Shown here in pieces: positions 19,250 through 29,066 of a stretch of DNA of 64,000 nt. Source of the DNA: a virus (taxonomy: Duplodnaviria; Heunggongvirae; Uroviricota; Caudoviricetes); IMG/VR virus record IMGVR_UViG_3300002054_000021, positions 13,864-77,863 of that record; one strand, 5' to 3'. A model generated the notes under the pieces. It was not told the DNA's origin, made no database searches, and saw only the letters and a list, made by a program, of their open reading frames with translations. Positions within the stretch are counted from its first letter, which is position 1. Each line of letters starts with the position of its first letter. The position numbers and the translations under genes were made by a program.

Positions 19250-20149
19250 TTAAACTCCTTCAAGTCTAACAATTTTTAATTTATTCGGGTCCGTGTAATC
19301 AAAACAGAATATATCATCAAGCGTCTCATATAATTTATCGCAACCATCAACAAAAAGTCCATGAGAAACTAAAAGCCCTAAATTTTCAGGGGAGTGGGAA
19401 TCTTTTATTTTTTTAGATAAATAGAAAAAGCTCATTCCTTTGTCTGCTATATCGTCAGGTATTAAGCAGTTTTTGCCGTCAATACTATTAGATGGATTAA
19501 AGAACACTCCCGTTATTTGACCCTCTACAACATCTCTAATTTTTCCAGCTATTTCCAATCTACCGTTAACACAGGACTTGGCGACACTTGCCGCTTTTTT
19601 AATAGCTCCGCCATCTGGAGATATAACAACTACATCTCGCGTATACTTTAAAAATTCAACAGGAAGATTTTCTGAAGATGTAGTCATATTTTCATAATCA
19701 TCATTAGAGCTTAGTATTAAAGACACTAACTCTTCCTGAGAGACTATCACTGGATTATCAAGAAGGGCCTCTACGACGCTTGAATGAGCATCATAAACAA
19801 CCACTTCTTTAGCGCCAATAGAATTAACCAAAGAACAGAACACCTTTAGAGAGTGAGATTCACCGACATTGCAAACTCTGTCTTGTCTAGCATAAGGAAA
19901 ATATGGTATAGTTAGGGTTGATATTGATGAACCCATCCTCCTTAAAGCATCACAAACAAGAAGTAAGTCCATCGCTGCGTTAGAATCGAAAATCAAAGCG
20001 TAAACTTCACTGTCGTGTATTTTAAACCCAGTTTTATTTACATAATCACTAGGTATCCTTACGTTTCTTTCTCCGCCATTAAATTGGGGATAACTCATTT
20101 GTAACTTCTTGCCATTTATAAATATGGCAGATTCACTTTTGTTACTCAT
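19250..20149 (-). CDS. prs: ribose-phosphate pyrophosphokinase-family protein (Adps/Prs-like)
   Basis: FNGGERNVRI, IPYFPYARQDRV, DAHS, SPDGGA, IPDDIADKG. Confidence 0.88.
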   Translation of the reverse strand: MSNKSESAIFINGKKLQMSYPQFNGGERNVRIPSDYVNKTGFKIHDSEVYALIFDSNAAMDLLLVCDALRRMGSSISTLTIPYFPYARQDRVCNVGESHSLKVFCSLVNSIGAKEVVVYDAHSSVVEALLDNPVIVSQEELVSLILSSNDDYENMTTSSENLPVEFLKYTRDVVVISPDGGAIKKAASVAKSCVNGRLEIAGKIRDVVEGQITGVFFNPSNSIDGKNCLIPDDIADKGMSFFYLSKKIKDSHSPENLGLLVSHGLFVDGCDKLYETLDDIFCFDYTDPNKLKIVRLEGV

Positions 20150-20151
20150 TT

Positions 20152-20706
20152 TTATTTAGCCTTTATTGTGACGGTAGCCTTGCCAGCCTTTTTAACTCTA
20201 TTGGTTTCATAGTCAACACTCACAGGATATGGGAAAGTACTGACGTTTGATTCGGTCAAAATAGGCTCAAGTAAACCTCCATTACCAACACAAAACACCC
20301 AAGTTCCTTTAGTGGTTTCTGGGGGAAAAGGACCCAAAGGTTCTGCTTGCGCTATTACAGCCCCATTAGCTCCAACATTTTTATTTGGACTAGTTATACT
20401 GGCACCATAAGGTATAGAGTAACCCAAGCTAGAGCAGTCACCCTCAATCATACCGTATTCAGACCTCCACACTGCGTGAGTGGCAGCGTCAGAGGATCTT
20501 AGTCTATATGTCTCTATAATCCTAGCTCTTTCAGTACTATAGTCGATAAATGGAACAGGTTGAGTTGTTGAATAATGCTTTTGCTGTCTATTTGTATTTC
20601 TTTCATCCTTTGCATCAGCACCTCCAAACAACTGAGCAGAAGCAAAAGAATTAAAAGACACGCATAAAGCTGTGGCGATAAGTGTTTTTAACATAGTTTT
20701 TTTCAT
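20152..20706 (-). CDS. secreted/periplasmic hypothetical protein
   Basis: Sec-type signal peptide MKKTMLKTLIATALCVSFNSFASA. Confidence 0.7.
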   Translation of the reverse strand: MKKTMLKTLIATALCVSFNSFASAQLFGGADAKDERNTNRQQKHYSTTQPVPFIDYSTERARIIETYRLRSSDAATHAVWRSEYGMIEGDCSSLGYSIPYGASITSPNKNVGANGAVIAQAEPLGPFPPETTKGTWVFCVGNGGLLEPILTESNVSTFPYPVSVDYETNRVKKAGKATVTIKAK

Positions 20707-20722
20707 TTTATTAATTCTTTCC

Positions 20723-21025
20723 TTAAATTTCTAGAGATTTTAGCTTTGACCTAACAAAAGATCTTTGGTTGATCAAGTCTTGATTTATTGGATCTTGAGC
20801 TATCCTGATATCTAGCTCCTCAAGAGTTGCTTGGTACGTGGCCACTTCAGCCCTAGCGCCAGCTTTATAAATATAAGAGCTTTCAACAATAACCCTTTCA
20901 GCATTTACACTAAAATAAGATATTCCTCCCATAACCACGCAAACAAATATAATAAAAACAACTATCCACTTAGCAAAGCCAGCGGGTCCAGAATCTATAT
21001 CATCCTCAACTCTATCCCAAGACAT
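20723..21025 (-). CDS. single-TM membrane protein
   Basis: WIVVFIIFVCVVMGGISYF hydrophobic span. Confidence 0.7.
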   Translation of the reverse strand: MSWDRVEDDIDSGPAGFAKWIVVFIIFVCVVMGGISYFSVNAERVIVESSYIYKAGARAEVATYQATLEELDIRIAQDPINQDLINQRSFVRSKLKSLEI

Positions 21026-21096
21026 TTATAACTCCTTAATATCAAATTTAACAAAAATATACGCTTAAAAAATATCTATGTCAACATCTAAAAATT

Positions 21097-21363
21097 TTAT
21101 TTATCTGTTCTTTTCCCAACCTTACAATCACCAGCCCCATCCAATCCCATCTCTAAGTAGTTTTCAAACCTAACAATTTTTTGAGCAACTAAGTGGTCGA
21201 TAAATCTTTTACCATTAAGTCTTGCCTTATTTTTTTCCTCCCTCGGATCAAAATCTTGCTTTGCTCTAACTATTGCTCTTTTAGTATATTGAGAATTAAA
21301 ACCCCCGACATAATTGTAATTGATAACTAGTAATTTTCCTTTTTGCACTATATTTTCTGACAT
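21097..21363 (-). CDS. hypothetical protein
   Basis: ORF in operon. Confidence 0.65.
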   Translation of the reverse strand: MSENIVQKGKLLVINYNYVGGFNSQYTKRAIVRAKQDFDPREEKNKARLNGKRFIDHLVAQKIVRFENYLEMGLDGAGDCKVGKRTDK

Positions 21364-21364
21364 T

Positions 21365-22342
21365 TTATTGACACTCCCCCTTAAGAGTTTTTCTATATTG
21401 AATCCAACCTTCTAAGTTTCCATGAAGATCCTGATTTTGCCAAAGGCAATAAGGACCACCATTTAACATTCTTTTGTCTGGTCTTGCTTGATGCTCCGCT
21501 GGAGAAGCATGCAAAGGCTCACTAGACAACAACCTATCGTATAACTTTAAATCTGAACTTAATTCAGGCTTTTTACCATCGTGAGTAAGGTATGACACAC
21601 GAGCACATCTAGCAACTGACACCTTTATAAGCATTTCTTTTATATCATCCGTACCATTAGAGGAGTCATAAGTCATCAACATTTCTTCAATATCAGACCT
21701 ATCGATGTACGGTAAGTGCCACTGATCATTTGATAAATTTGAAGGAGTACTTTCTTCTTGAGCTTTAATCATTTCTTTTGCTAGTAATTGTATCTCTGGT
21801 AATGCATCTGGATGATCTCTTAATGCATAAAAATTTGACCACTGTGTAGAAGTTACAACAACATTAATATGACCAAAGTTTTCTGTTATTCTATTAATTA
21901 ACTGTTTATGATACCCAGCAGTGTCAAAAGCTTTAGCCACGCCAATTGATAACTGTCTAATAAATGCCCAAGCAGATTCTCTAGATAAAGCCAACTCATC
22001 AAACTCGTCAAAATTTAAAATATCGTCCATTAAATAATCTGTTTTTATTGATGAAAAATCAAAATCAGACTTGTTTAACACAACTGGCGCATTCATCTCT
22101 TCACCAGCCTGCATACCTCTCTTATTTCTTCCCCAATACGCTGGATAAACTTCATCTGTTTCCATATCGTTTATCAGTTTAGCAACAGGTATAGCTCTGG
22201 AGCTTGATGCATTTCTAGAAAAAACTCTGTGAGTCATCAACTCAGAGTGCATTAACCTAGGATATCTAAGCTGCATTGTAGTTATCCTAATCCCCTCATC
22301 ACTAATTGAGTCAGCTACTATTTTTGCTGATATTGTCATCAA
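21365..22342 (-). CDS. thyX: flavin-dependent thymidylate synthase
   Basis: HSELMTHRVFSRNASSSRAIP; SVARCARVSY; HASPAEHQA. Confidence 0.85.
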   Translation of the reverse strand: MMTISAKIVADSISDEGIRITTMQLRYPRLMHSELMTHRVFSRNASSSRAIPVAKLINDMETDEVYPAYWGRNKRGMQAGEEMNAPVVLNKSDFDFSSIKTDYLMDDILNFDEFDELALSRESAWAFIRQLSIGVAKAFDTAGYHKQLINRITENFGHINVVVTSTQWSNFYALRDHPDALPEIQLLAKEMIKAQEESTPSNLSNDQWHLPYIDRSDIEEMLMTYDSSNGTDDIKEMLIKVSVARCARVSYLTHDGKKPELSSDLKLYDRLLSSEPLHASPAEHQARPDKRMLNGGPYCLWQNQDLHGNLEGWIQYRKTLKGECQ

Positions 22343-22649
22343 ACTCCCCTATTAATCCTTTATTTATCTTTTCATTTATTCCTGAGTTTTTTGGCCACCT
22401 ATGAGTGTTTTTAAATAATTCAAAGTCTTTGGAAAGCCCCTCTGAACCGCTCAGCCTAATCCCATCTATATCATAAAACTTACCATCTATTTCTGTCCAT
22501 ACGTGATCAATATTAGTCCAAGGAACTGCTTCTGGGTAGATAGACCTTAATATCTTATGAAACTCAAAACATAAACCATTCTTATAAACAAATGACGCGG
22601 CATCAAAACTATTTCTAATTGCATTACATATCTTTTCTGGGTCTTTCAT
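22311..22649 (-). CDS. hypothetical phage protein
   Basis: ORF with C...HVWTEIDGKFYDIDG motif. Confidence 0.7.
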   Translation of the reverse strand: MKDPEKICNAIRNSFDAASFVYKNGLCFEFHKILRSIYPEAVPWTNIDHVWTEIDGKFYDIDGIRLSGSEGLSKDFELFKNTHRWPKNSGINEKINKGLIGEFDDNISKNSS

Positions 22650-23237
22650 TTACTTGTAAAGCTCATCAAATCTCTCTAGGAACTTATTTTTTGATTCCTC
22701 CCAACCCCAAGGAACTATCTCATATTCGTGAGGTTTCATTTCATACCCCCAGCTGACACCGTTAGATGGATTTAGTATATCCCTTTTCTCTGTGAAGCAT
22801 ATTCTTGTGTCATGATTCTTAACATCTTCTGGCATTTTTTCTGGAAGCCCATATTTTTTAGATATCACTTTCCAAATATTATTTTCCAACTCTATAAACT
22901 CTGGCAGCATATATTTTATAGGCCTTACTAAATCTCCCACATAAGCCTCTGTTGCATCATGCATTAGAGCATAAAAAGCATTTTCTTTGTCAACAAAATT
23001 TGACATCAATACGCTATGCTGCGCTACACTGTATGGCTGCTTGCAATGCCCTCCAAATCGACATATTAATGATAGAGCGTGAGCTATATCAACTATATCA
23101 ATCTCATCCTCTCTTGGATCACAAGGGAAGAAAGGTTTGCCACTATATAGCTGTATATTCAAACCTCTATCAGAATTGCCAACGCCATTATATTTAGCCT
23201 CATGCAAGAGTCTCTCTTTAGTAGAAGTGTCTTCCAT
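22650..23237 (-). CDS. HD-domain 5'-deoxynucleotidase-like hydrolase (YfbR/DatZ-like)
   Basis: DIAHALSLICRFGGH..YSVAQHSV...ALMHDATEAYVGD. Confidence 0.85.
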   Translation of the reverse strand: MEDTSTKERLLHEAKYNGVGNSDRGLNIQLYSGKPFFPCDPREDEIDIVDIAHALSLICRFGGHCKQPYSVAQHSVLMSNFVDKENAFYALMHDATEAYVGDLVRPIKYMLPEFIELENNIWKVISKKYGLPEKMPEDVKNHDTRICFTEKRDILNPSNGVSWGYEMKPHEYEIVPWGWEESKNKFLERFDELYK

Positions 23238-23368
23238 TATAATCCCCTTTTTAACCCTAAGGCCTCCCCAATTTAAAGCTATTAACACAATAAAAAGATA
23301 TAGTCAATATTTTTTTTATTTATATTTTTATTTCTTGACAAGAAGGTATAATGTGATAATATAACCAT

Positions 23369-23794
23369 ATGTACAAGGGAAATAATTTTTGGTTTTATGA
23401 GGGTAGCGTATTTGAAGATCCAGATATGTCTGATGTTGGTTTTGTTTATGTTATAACAAATAATATTAATGGTAAAAAATATATAGGAAAAAAGTTATTT
23501 TGGAAAAAGGTCAGATATAAAACTAAACCAAAGATAAGGATGAAGCAATCAAACTGGAAGTCATATTTTGGTTCTTCTAAATTAATGCTTGAAGATATAG
23601 TACAGCAAGGCGAACAAGATTTTCACAGAGAGATAATAAGAATTTGCAAAAGTAAGGGCGAAATGAGCTATTGTGAATTAAAAGAACAGATAGATAAAGA
23701 GGTCCTACTGAAAGATAATTATTACAACAATTTCATAGGATGTAAAATACATGGCAGTCATGTTACAGGGATGAAAAAAAATGGAAATAAATAG
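23369..23794 (+). CDS. GIY-YIG endonuclease
   Basis: GFVYVITNNINGKKYIGKK...WKSYFGSS...YYN. Confidence 0.85.
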   Translation: MYKGNNFWFYEGSVFEDPDMSDVGFVYVITNNINGKKYIGKKLFWKKVRYKTKPKIRMKQSNWKSYFGSSKLMLEDIVQQGEQDFHREIIRICKSKGEMSYCELKEQIDKEVLLKDNYYNNFIGCKIHGSHVTGMKKNGNK

Positions 23795-24092
23795 TAAGCA
23801 AGAAAAAGATATATCTAAATTATATATATCTGGTTCAAACTTTAAAGAAATATCAGATAAGCTTGGCATAGACGAAGATATTATCATATTAAAAGTATCA
23901 GAAATGAAGTTAAAGGTAAGGTTAAATGGCGATCAATTAGAATTTGAAAAAAGACTAACAAAGGTAATAAGGGATTTTTGGGAAAGTGATTGTCATGATG
24001 TTAATATATATCAAAATGAATATGGAGAAGTCAGAAGCGACCTTCTTAATGGTATGCCAAAATACCTCAAAACATCAAAATATTTAAAATAG
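23781..24092 (+). CDS. hypothetical protein, possible N-terminal HTH
   Basis: GSNFKEISDKLGIDEDII resembles an HTH. Confidence 0.55.
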   Translation: MEINSKQEKDISKLYISGSNFKEISDKLGIDEDIIILKVSEMKLKVRLNGDQLEFEKRLTKVIRDFWESDCHDVNIYQNEYGEVRSDLLNGMPKYLKTSKYLK

Positions 24093-24102
24093 AGAATTTT
24101 AT

Positions 24103-24693
24103 ATGGAAGAAGACTTTTTTGAAAATATTATTGATGATACAAAAAAATTTGTACACCCAGACCACCTTCCAAATACTTCATTTATAAAATCCAGACCACA
24201 GCCTTTAAAGTCAAAATTTATAAAAGAGGTTGACAAATTTAGATTAAAATTTGAAATAAGTAAGTCAAGTTTTTGTTTAGATTTTTTAAACACAAGAAAA
24301 TCTTATGAAATAGTAATGTCTAGAGAATACGACACTAGTTTAAGGGTTATAGATAGTGTGCTATTGAAGATGTATTTGTACGACAAAGAAAATATTGACA
24401 AATCTGAAAATAGACTGTATAAGTCAAGAAGGGCCAAAGAATTAAAAGAAGTTATAATAAAGAAAATTGAGCTTTTCAATTCTAGGCACTTTATAACAGA
24501 GGGTAAATTTTCAGAATTTTTTTTAAAAGATAAGAAAAAAATGTCCTTGTTTAGGACAGGAGATATATCCCTGCGATGCTCTACAATAGATAGAGTTCTT
24601 AAAGATATGTATCAAATTGACAAAGATTTGATTCAGGAAATGGGGAAAGAATATGAAGACTGGGCCAGAGAAAAGGCAAATATACGATCTTGA
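24103..24693 (+). CDS. hypothetical protein
   Basis: ORF overlapping dnaB start. Confidence 0.65.
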   Translation: MEEDFFENIIDDTKKFVHPDHLPNTSFIKSRPQPLKSKFIKEVDKFRLKFEISKSSFCLDFLNTRKSYEIVMSREYDTSLRVIDSVLLKMYLYDKENIDKSENRLYKSRRAKELKEVIIKKIELFNSRHFITEGKFSEFFLKDKKKMSLFRTGDISLRCSTIDRVLKDMYQIDKDLIQEMGKEYEDWAREKANIRS

Positions 24694-26044
24694 CACAGAG
24701 CTATCCTTAATAGGATCTGTAATATCAAACAATCAAAACTATTACGAAATAAAGTCAATATTATCAGAGGCCGACTTTTATAGTTCGGTTCACAGAAAAA
24801 TATACCTTGCTATATCTAGCCTTGGAGATCAAGGTTATGACTTCGATGTAAATGTGCTGCAATCAAAATTATCTTCTTTAAATATATTAGAGCAGATAGG
24901 CGGTGTTAGTTATATTGAAAAATCACTCAAAGTGTCATGTCATGATAAAGTTTGTTCACAGTACGCAAGAATAATAAAAGACTTGTCTACTAAGAGGACT
25001 CTTCAAGAGTTAACAGAGACTTACAATCATGTTGTTAATGATTCTTATAATGAAAAATCTGGAGACGAGATATTTTCTGATCTAATGTTAGATATGACAT
25101 CTATACATTCTGGTAAGTCAGACACAAACACATTCTCAACGACAGAAGATGCTGTTTATGATCTGTTTCATGGTGAAACTGGGAGGTCGATAGATACTGG
25201 AATATCAATAATAGATAAAGAGTGGCCCATCATGACAAAGGGCGTTACTATAATTGCTGGCCGTCCCTCTAATGGGAAAAGTACTCTAGCAGCAGAAGTT
25301 GTTTTAGGAGCTGCCAATTTAGGTAGTAGGGTAGATTTTTATAGTTTGGAAATGTCAAAAGCTCAACTAGCAGCAAGGCTTATATCTTCTGTAATGAGAA
25401 AAGACGAAATAGAAATACCATATAATTCTATATATAATAAAAAGAAAAGATTGGAACTAGATTCATATCAACATTCTGCCTGTTCTGAATATTCAAAAAA
25501 CCTACCGCAAATAAATTTCAACGATGCGTCATCTATGACAATGTCTGATATCCTATGTACATCTATGGGAAGTAGAAATATAAAAGATAAGCCAGATTTA
25601 ATAGTTATAGACTATCTTGATAATGTATCAAAGTCAGATTTAAAAAACTCAGAGATGAGAGATGACCAAAAAATTGGTTCTATAGTTCATAGAGGAAGAC
25701 AATACGCTAAAGACTATGACTGTGCTGTTATTGTGGTTGTACAATTAAATAGACAGGTTGATCAAAAAAGCCCTATGGGAAGACCTTTTATTGCCGCCCT
25801 TAAAAACTCTGGAGAAATTGAGCAGCATGCAGATTCTGTTTTATTCACTTATAGAAAGTGTAGATATATAGAAGAAAAGTATAATGAAGAGGACATGCCA
25901 GAGGATGAGGAAAGGGAGTACCTTCAATTATTGAACAAGATAGAGATAATATGTGCTAAGCAGCGTATGGGTCCAACTGGATCACAATTAGTAGATTGTG
26001 ACATAAAGTGTAATCACATCAGTAGTCTTGATGATGAAATCTAG
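24653..26044 (+). CDS. dnaB: replicative DNA helicase
   Basis: E.SLIGSVI N-domain, AGRPSNGKS, YSLEMS, VIDYL, QLNR, LKNSGEIEQHADSVLF, KQRMGPTG. Confidence 0.92.
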   Translation: MKTGPEKRQIYDLDTELSLIGSVISNNQNYYEIKSILSEADFYSSVHRKIYLAISSLGDQGYDFDVNVLQSKLSSLNILEQIGGVSYIEKSLKVSCHDKVCSQYARIIKDLSTKRTLQELTETYNHVVNDSYNEKSGDEIFSDLMLDMTSIHSGKSDTNTFSTTEDAVYDLFHGETGRSIDTGISIIDKEWPIMTKGVTIIAGRPSNGKSTLAAEVVLGAANLGSRVDFYSLEMSKAQLAARLISSVMRKDEIEIPYNSIYNKKKRLELDSYQHSACSEYSKNLPQINFNDASSMTMSDILCTSMGSRNIKDKPDLIVIDYLDNVSKSDLKNSEMRDDQKIGSIVHRGRQYAKDYDCAVIVVVQLNRQVDQKSPMGRPFIAALKNSGEIEQHADSVLFTYRKCRYIEEKYNEEDMPEDEEREYLQLLNKIEIICAKQRMGPTGSQLVDCDIKCNHISSLDDEI

Positions 26045-26502
26045 TCACTATTACTAACATTTTTAGTGATGTCTGAAAGCTTAGAGGAGACATATTGAGA
26101 AATATTGTCTTTCTCTTCGCGGGACAGCTTCTTCAGAGAATAATTAGGTTTAGATTCAATTACATTGCTGTTCGTTTTATCCTGACTTGTAAATTCCATT
26201 ATACCCTTATAAAAGGAATTTTTAGACTCCTCCATAGTCGATATAAACTCCTCTTTTATATCTTCCTCACTGAAATATTTTATACCCAAAAAACCCATCA
26301 TTCCAAAGAGATTTCTTATTGCTGCAGTACATGATCCTATTATAATATTAACCTTCAATTCATCATCATAATCGGAGTTAAATATCTTCTTATGAAAACC
26401 ACTAACGACTTTGGCTAAATCCTGCTGAAACACCCTAACTTCCTCTTGAAAGATTCTTTTATTCTCTTGAGCACCCATTTTATACACACCAAATTTTAAC
26501 AT
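26041..26502 (-). CDS. hypothetical protein
   Basis: Isolated minus-strand ORF with its own TTGACA promoter near 26512-26540. Confidence 0.65.
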   Translation of the reverse strand: MLKFGVYKMGAQENKRIFQEEVRVFQQDLAKVVSGFHKKIFNSDYDDELKVNIIIGSCTAAIRNLFGMMGFLGIKYFSEEDIKEEFISTMEESKNSFYKGIMEFTSQDKTNSNVIESKPNYSLKKLSREEKDNISQYVSSKLSDITKNVSNSD

Positions 26503-26609
26503 ATGAAATTTTTTTTAGCACAAAGAATTGTAAATGTCAATAATTATATTGACTTTAGACAAAAATATGATAAGTTTAAAAGTCTGTATTTTATTTAAAG
26601 GGGATTAAT

Positions 26610-27644
26610 ATGACAGATGAAAAATATAGTGCAGAAGATAATAATGTGCTAGTTATTGAAGAGTTTCCTTACTCTAGAATATCCCATGAGCTTTACAATG
26701 ATCCTAATTTAAAAATGGAAGATATAGGATTTTTTGGATTAATGGTTAAGAAGGGTAATGGGTGGAAATTTAATCGTGAGGATATGAAAAAAAGAAGCAA
26801 ACTTGGCGGGACGAGATACAATGCTATGATAAATAGATTGAAGAATGGAGGGTATTTAGAAATAAAGAAAATAAGGAACCCAAAGGGTCATTTTGTTGGT
26901 TCATCATGGATAATAAATAACAGTATAATAAGAGGTGAAAGGGAAAAATTAAGGGACCTATCACCGAAGGTTACGAAACCCGACGGACGGTTAAACGGTT
27001 CGATGGATTATCCGACCGACGCAAAACCTGACGATATAGAAAAGATTAGAATTAAAAAAAGATTAGAAGATAGAAAAGATTATAATAATAAAGACGTTGT
27101 TATCAAAGATAACGTTGTGTCTATGGATTTAGTTAGGGAAATATTTATGGACTACAATGAAGTTGTTAAATCAGAGAGTGTTAATATACCTAGTGCTAAA
27201 TCATTAACGGATAAAAGGATAAAATCTATAAGATCAGTTGTTAAAACACTAGGCCTTGATGAGACTAGAAAGATAGTAAGAATTGCGGCGGGGTCAAAAT
27301 TCCTACAAGGTAAGAGCGCAGGGGTCGGAGCAAATAAAAAAGAATGGAGAGCATCCTTTGATTGGCTCTTTAATACCAACAATGCAGTAAAAGTGACAGA
27401 GGGCGTTTATGGTGGATTAGATACGCTTGACCGAACTCCGCGAGAAAAAATTGAGGCCAGCAAGACTAAAAATATGAGAATGTTGGATTATTATTTTGAG
27501 ACTGGTTTGTGGCCAAACGCCATGTTAGGCCCGAAATTGAAGGTTATTGAAGGTATTGTTCAAAGGTCAACTTTTTCTAAATTATCTAACGATGACTATG
27601 AATATATGCAGAATCAAATAAATATCAAAAAAAATGTTGACTAA
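26610..27644 (+). CDS. phage replication initiator protein
   Basis: N-terminal wHTH-like region, Pro/Thr linker, C-terminal WRASFDWLF...KVTEGVY motif typical of lambda O/DnaD-like initiators. Confidence 0.72.
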   Translation: MTDEKYSAEDNNVLVIEEFPYSRISHELYNDPNLKMEDIGFFGLMVKKGNGWKFNREDMKKRSKLGGTRYNAMINRLKNGGYLEIKKIRNPKGHFVGSSWIINNSIIRGEREKLRDLSPKVTKPDGRLNGSMDYPTDAKPDDIEKIRIKKRLEDRKDYNNKDVVIKDNVVSMDLVREIFMDYNEVVKSESVNIPSAKSLTDKRIKSIRSVVKTLGLDETRKIVRIAAGSKFLQGKSAGVGANKKEWRASFDWLFNTNNAVKVTEGVYGGLDTLDRTPREKIEASKTKNMRMLDYYFETGLWPNAMLGPKLKVIEGIVQRSTFSKLSNDDYEYMQNQINIKKNVD

Positions 27645-27670
27645 TCAGGAATCGTATTGTAAAAGATAGT

Positions 27671-27958
27671 ATGGAAGATCACAAAGTTCATAATAAGATT
27701 TTAATAGGACTGGCTATAATAACTGCCTTTCTTGGATTTTCCCTAAAGACGTGCTCAGAACAAGTGCCGTCTCCTAAAACATACACAAAATATAACGCTG
27801 AGGTCTATACGAGTCTATATAAACTCTGTCTAGATTCTAAGCGAAGTGGTCAATCTGAATGCGCTTCAAGCGCCAGAGAGGCAGCAACAGAAAAGGTTTG
27901 CTTAGTCGGTGATGCTAAATGTGAAGACTTTGATCTTTCAGGCGCAGAACCAAAATAA
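27671..27958 (+). CDS. small membrane-anchored Cys-containing protein
   Basis: N-terminal hydrophobic helix. Confidence 0.6.
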   Translation: MEDHKVHNKILIGLAIITAFLGFSLKTCSEQVPSPKTYTKYNAEVYTSLYKLCLDSKRSGQSECASSAREAATEKVCLVGDAKCEDFDLSGAEPK

Positions 27959-28024
27959 TAAAATATAAAATATAAAACTTATACTCTATAAAAAAACAAA
28001 AATGAGTATTAAGGGGAAATACCA

Positions 28025-29056
28025 ATGGATGTATCTAATGTTCGCCTATTTCAGGCGACGGACGACTATACGACAAAATACCCTCAGGCGGTAGATTTTG
28101 CAAAACAACAACTCGACATATTTTGGCACCCAGATGAAATAGCTGTGGAAAAAGATATCCATGACATGAGAGTTAATCTCTCTGTTGCTGAAAAGCATGG
28201 AGTTATAACAGTATTAAAGCTTTTTACAATGTATGAGTTAATAGCTGGTGGAGAGTATTGGGGAGAGAGGGTTATGAAAGACTTTCCTAGGCCAGATATT
28301 CAAAGAATGGCATCTGCATTTTCCTTCTTTGAGCTGAACGTCCATGCGCCGTTTTACAACAAAATAAATGAATTATTAGGTCTGGCGAGTGAGGAGTTTT
28401 ACACTGAGTACACAAGAGATGAAACTTTAAAATCTAGAATGGAGTTTATTGATGAATATGTCAATCATGATGATCCGCTCACCTCTCTTGGTGTCTTCTC
28501 TATGGTCGAAGGAGCTGTCCTTTATTCTTCTTTTGCTTTCTTAAAGCATTTTCAAAATCAAGGAAAGAACTTGATGGTTAATATAAACGCAGGAATTAAT
28601 TTTTCTGTAAGAGATGAAAATCTTCACTCTATGGGTGGAGCTTGGCTTTACAGAAAATTAAAATCTGAAATGAAGCTTGATAAGAGGTCAATAAATCCTC
28701 TGGAAAAAAGAATTATATCTGCAGCATATAAAATATTCGACCATGAAGAAAGAATAGTAGATATGATATTTGAGGAAGGTAGAATAAAAGGGATAACAGA
28801 GCTTCAAATGAAAAATTTTGTTAAATCAAGGATAAATCTTTGTTTGCAAAACCTTGAAATAGATCCAATATTTGAAGTTGATTACAACCCTATAGCTGAA
28901 TGGTTTTATAAAAATATAAATGGAGGTAAGTTAAACGACTTCTTCTATTCGTTAGGTAGTGAATATAATAGAGATTGGAATGAATCCGAGTTTTGTTGGC
29001 ATTGCCCAGAGGTTGAAGAATTTTTAGAAAGTGATGAAATTAAATTAATCGCATAA
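28025..29056 (+). CDS. nrdB: ribonucleotide reductase class Ia beta subunit
   Basis: FWHPDEI, FELNVHAPFY, VEGAVLYSSF, RDENLH. Confidence 0.92.
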   Translation: MDVSNVRLFQATDDYTTKYPQAVDFAKQQLDIFWHPDEIAVEKDIHDMRVNLSVAEKHGVITVLKLFTMYELIAGGEYWGERVMKDFPRPDIQRMASAFSFFELNVHAPFYNKINELLGLASEEFYTEYTRDETLKSRMEFIDEYVNHDDPLTSLGVFSMVEGAVLYSSFAFLKHFQNQGKNLMVNINAGINFSVRDENLHSMGGAWLYRKLKSEMKLDKRSINPLEKRIISAAYKIFDHEERIVDMIFEEGRIKGITELQMKNFVKSRINLCLQNLEIDPIFEVDYNPIAEWFYKNINGGKLNDFFYSLGSEYNRDWNESEFCWHCPEVEEFLESDEIKLIA

Positions 29057-29066
29057 GGGGAATGCA

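Noticed and set aside
14679-23237. Z-base (2-aminoadenine) genome call
   Set aside because: purZ is not in this window, and the hydrolase families are widespread in unmodified phages
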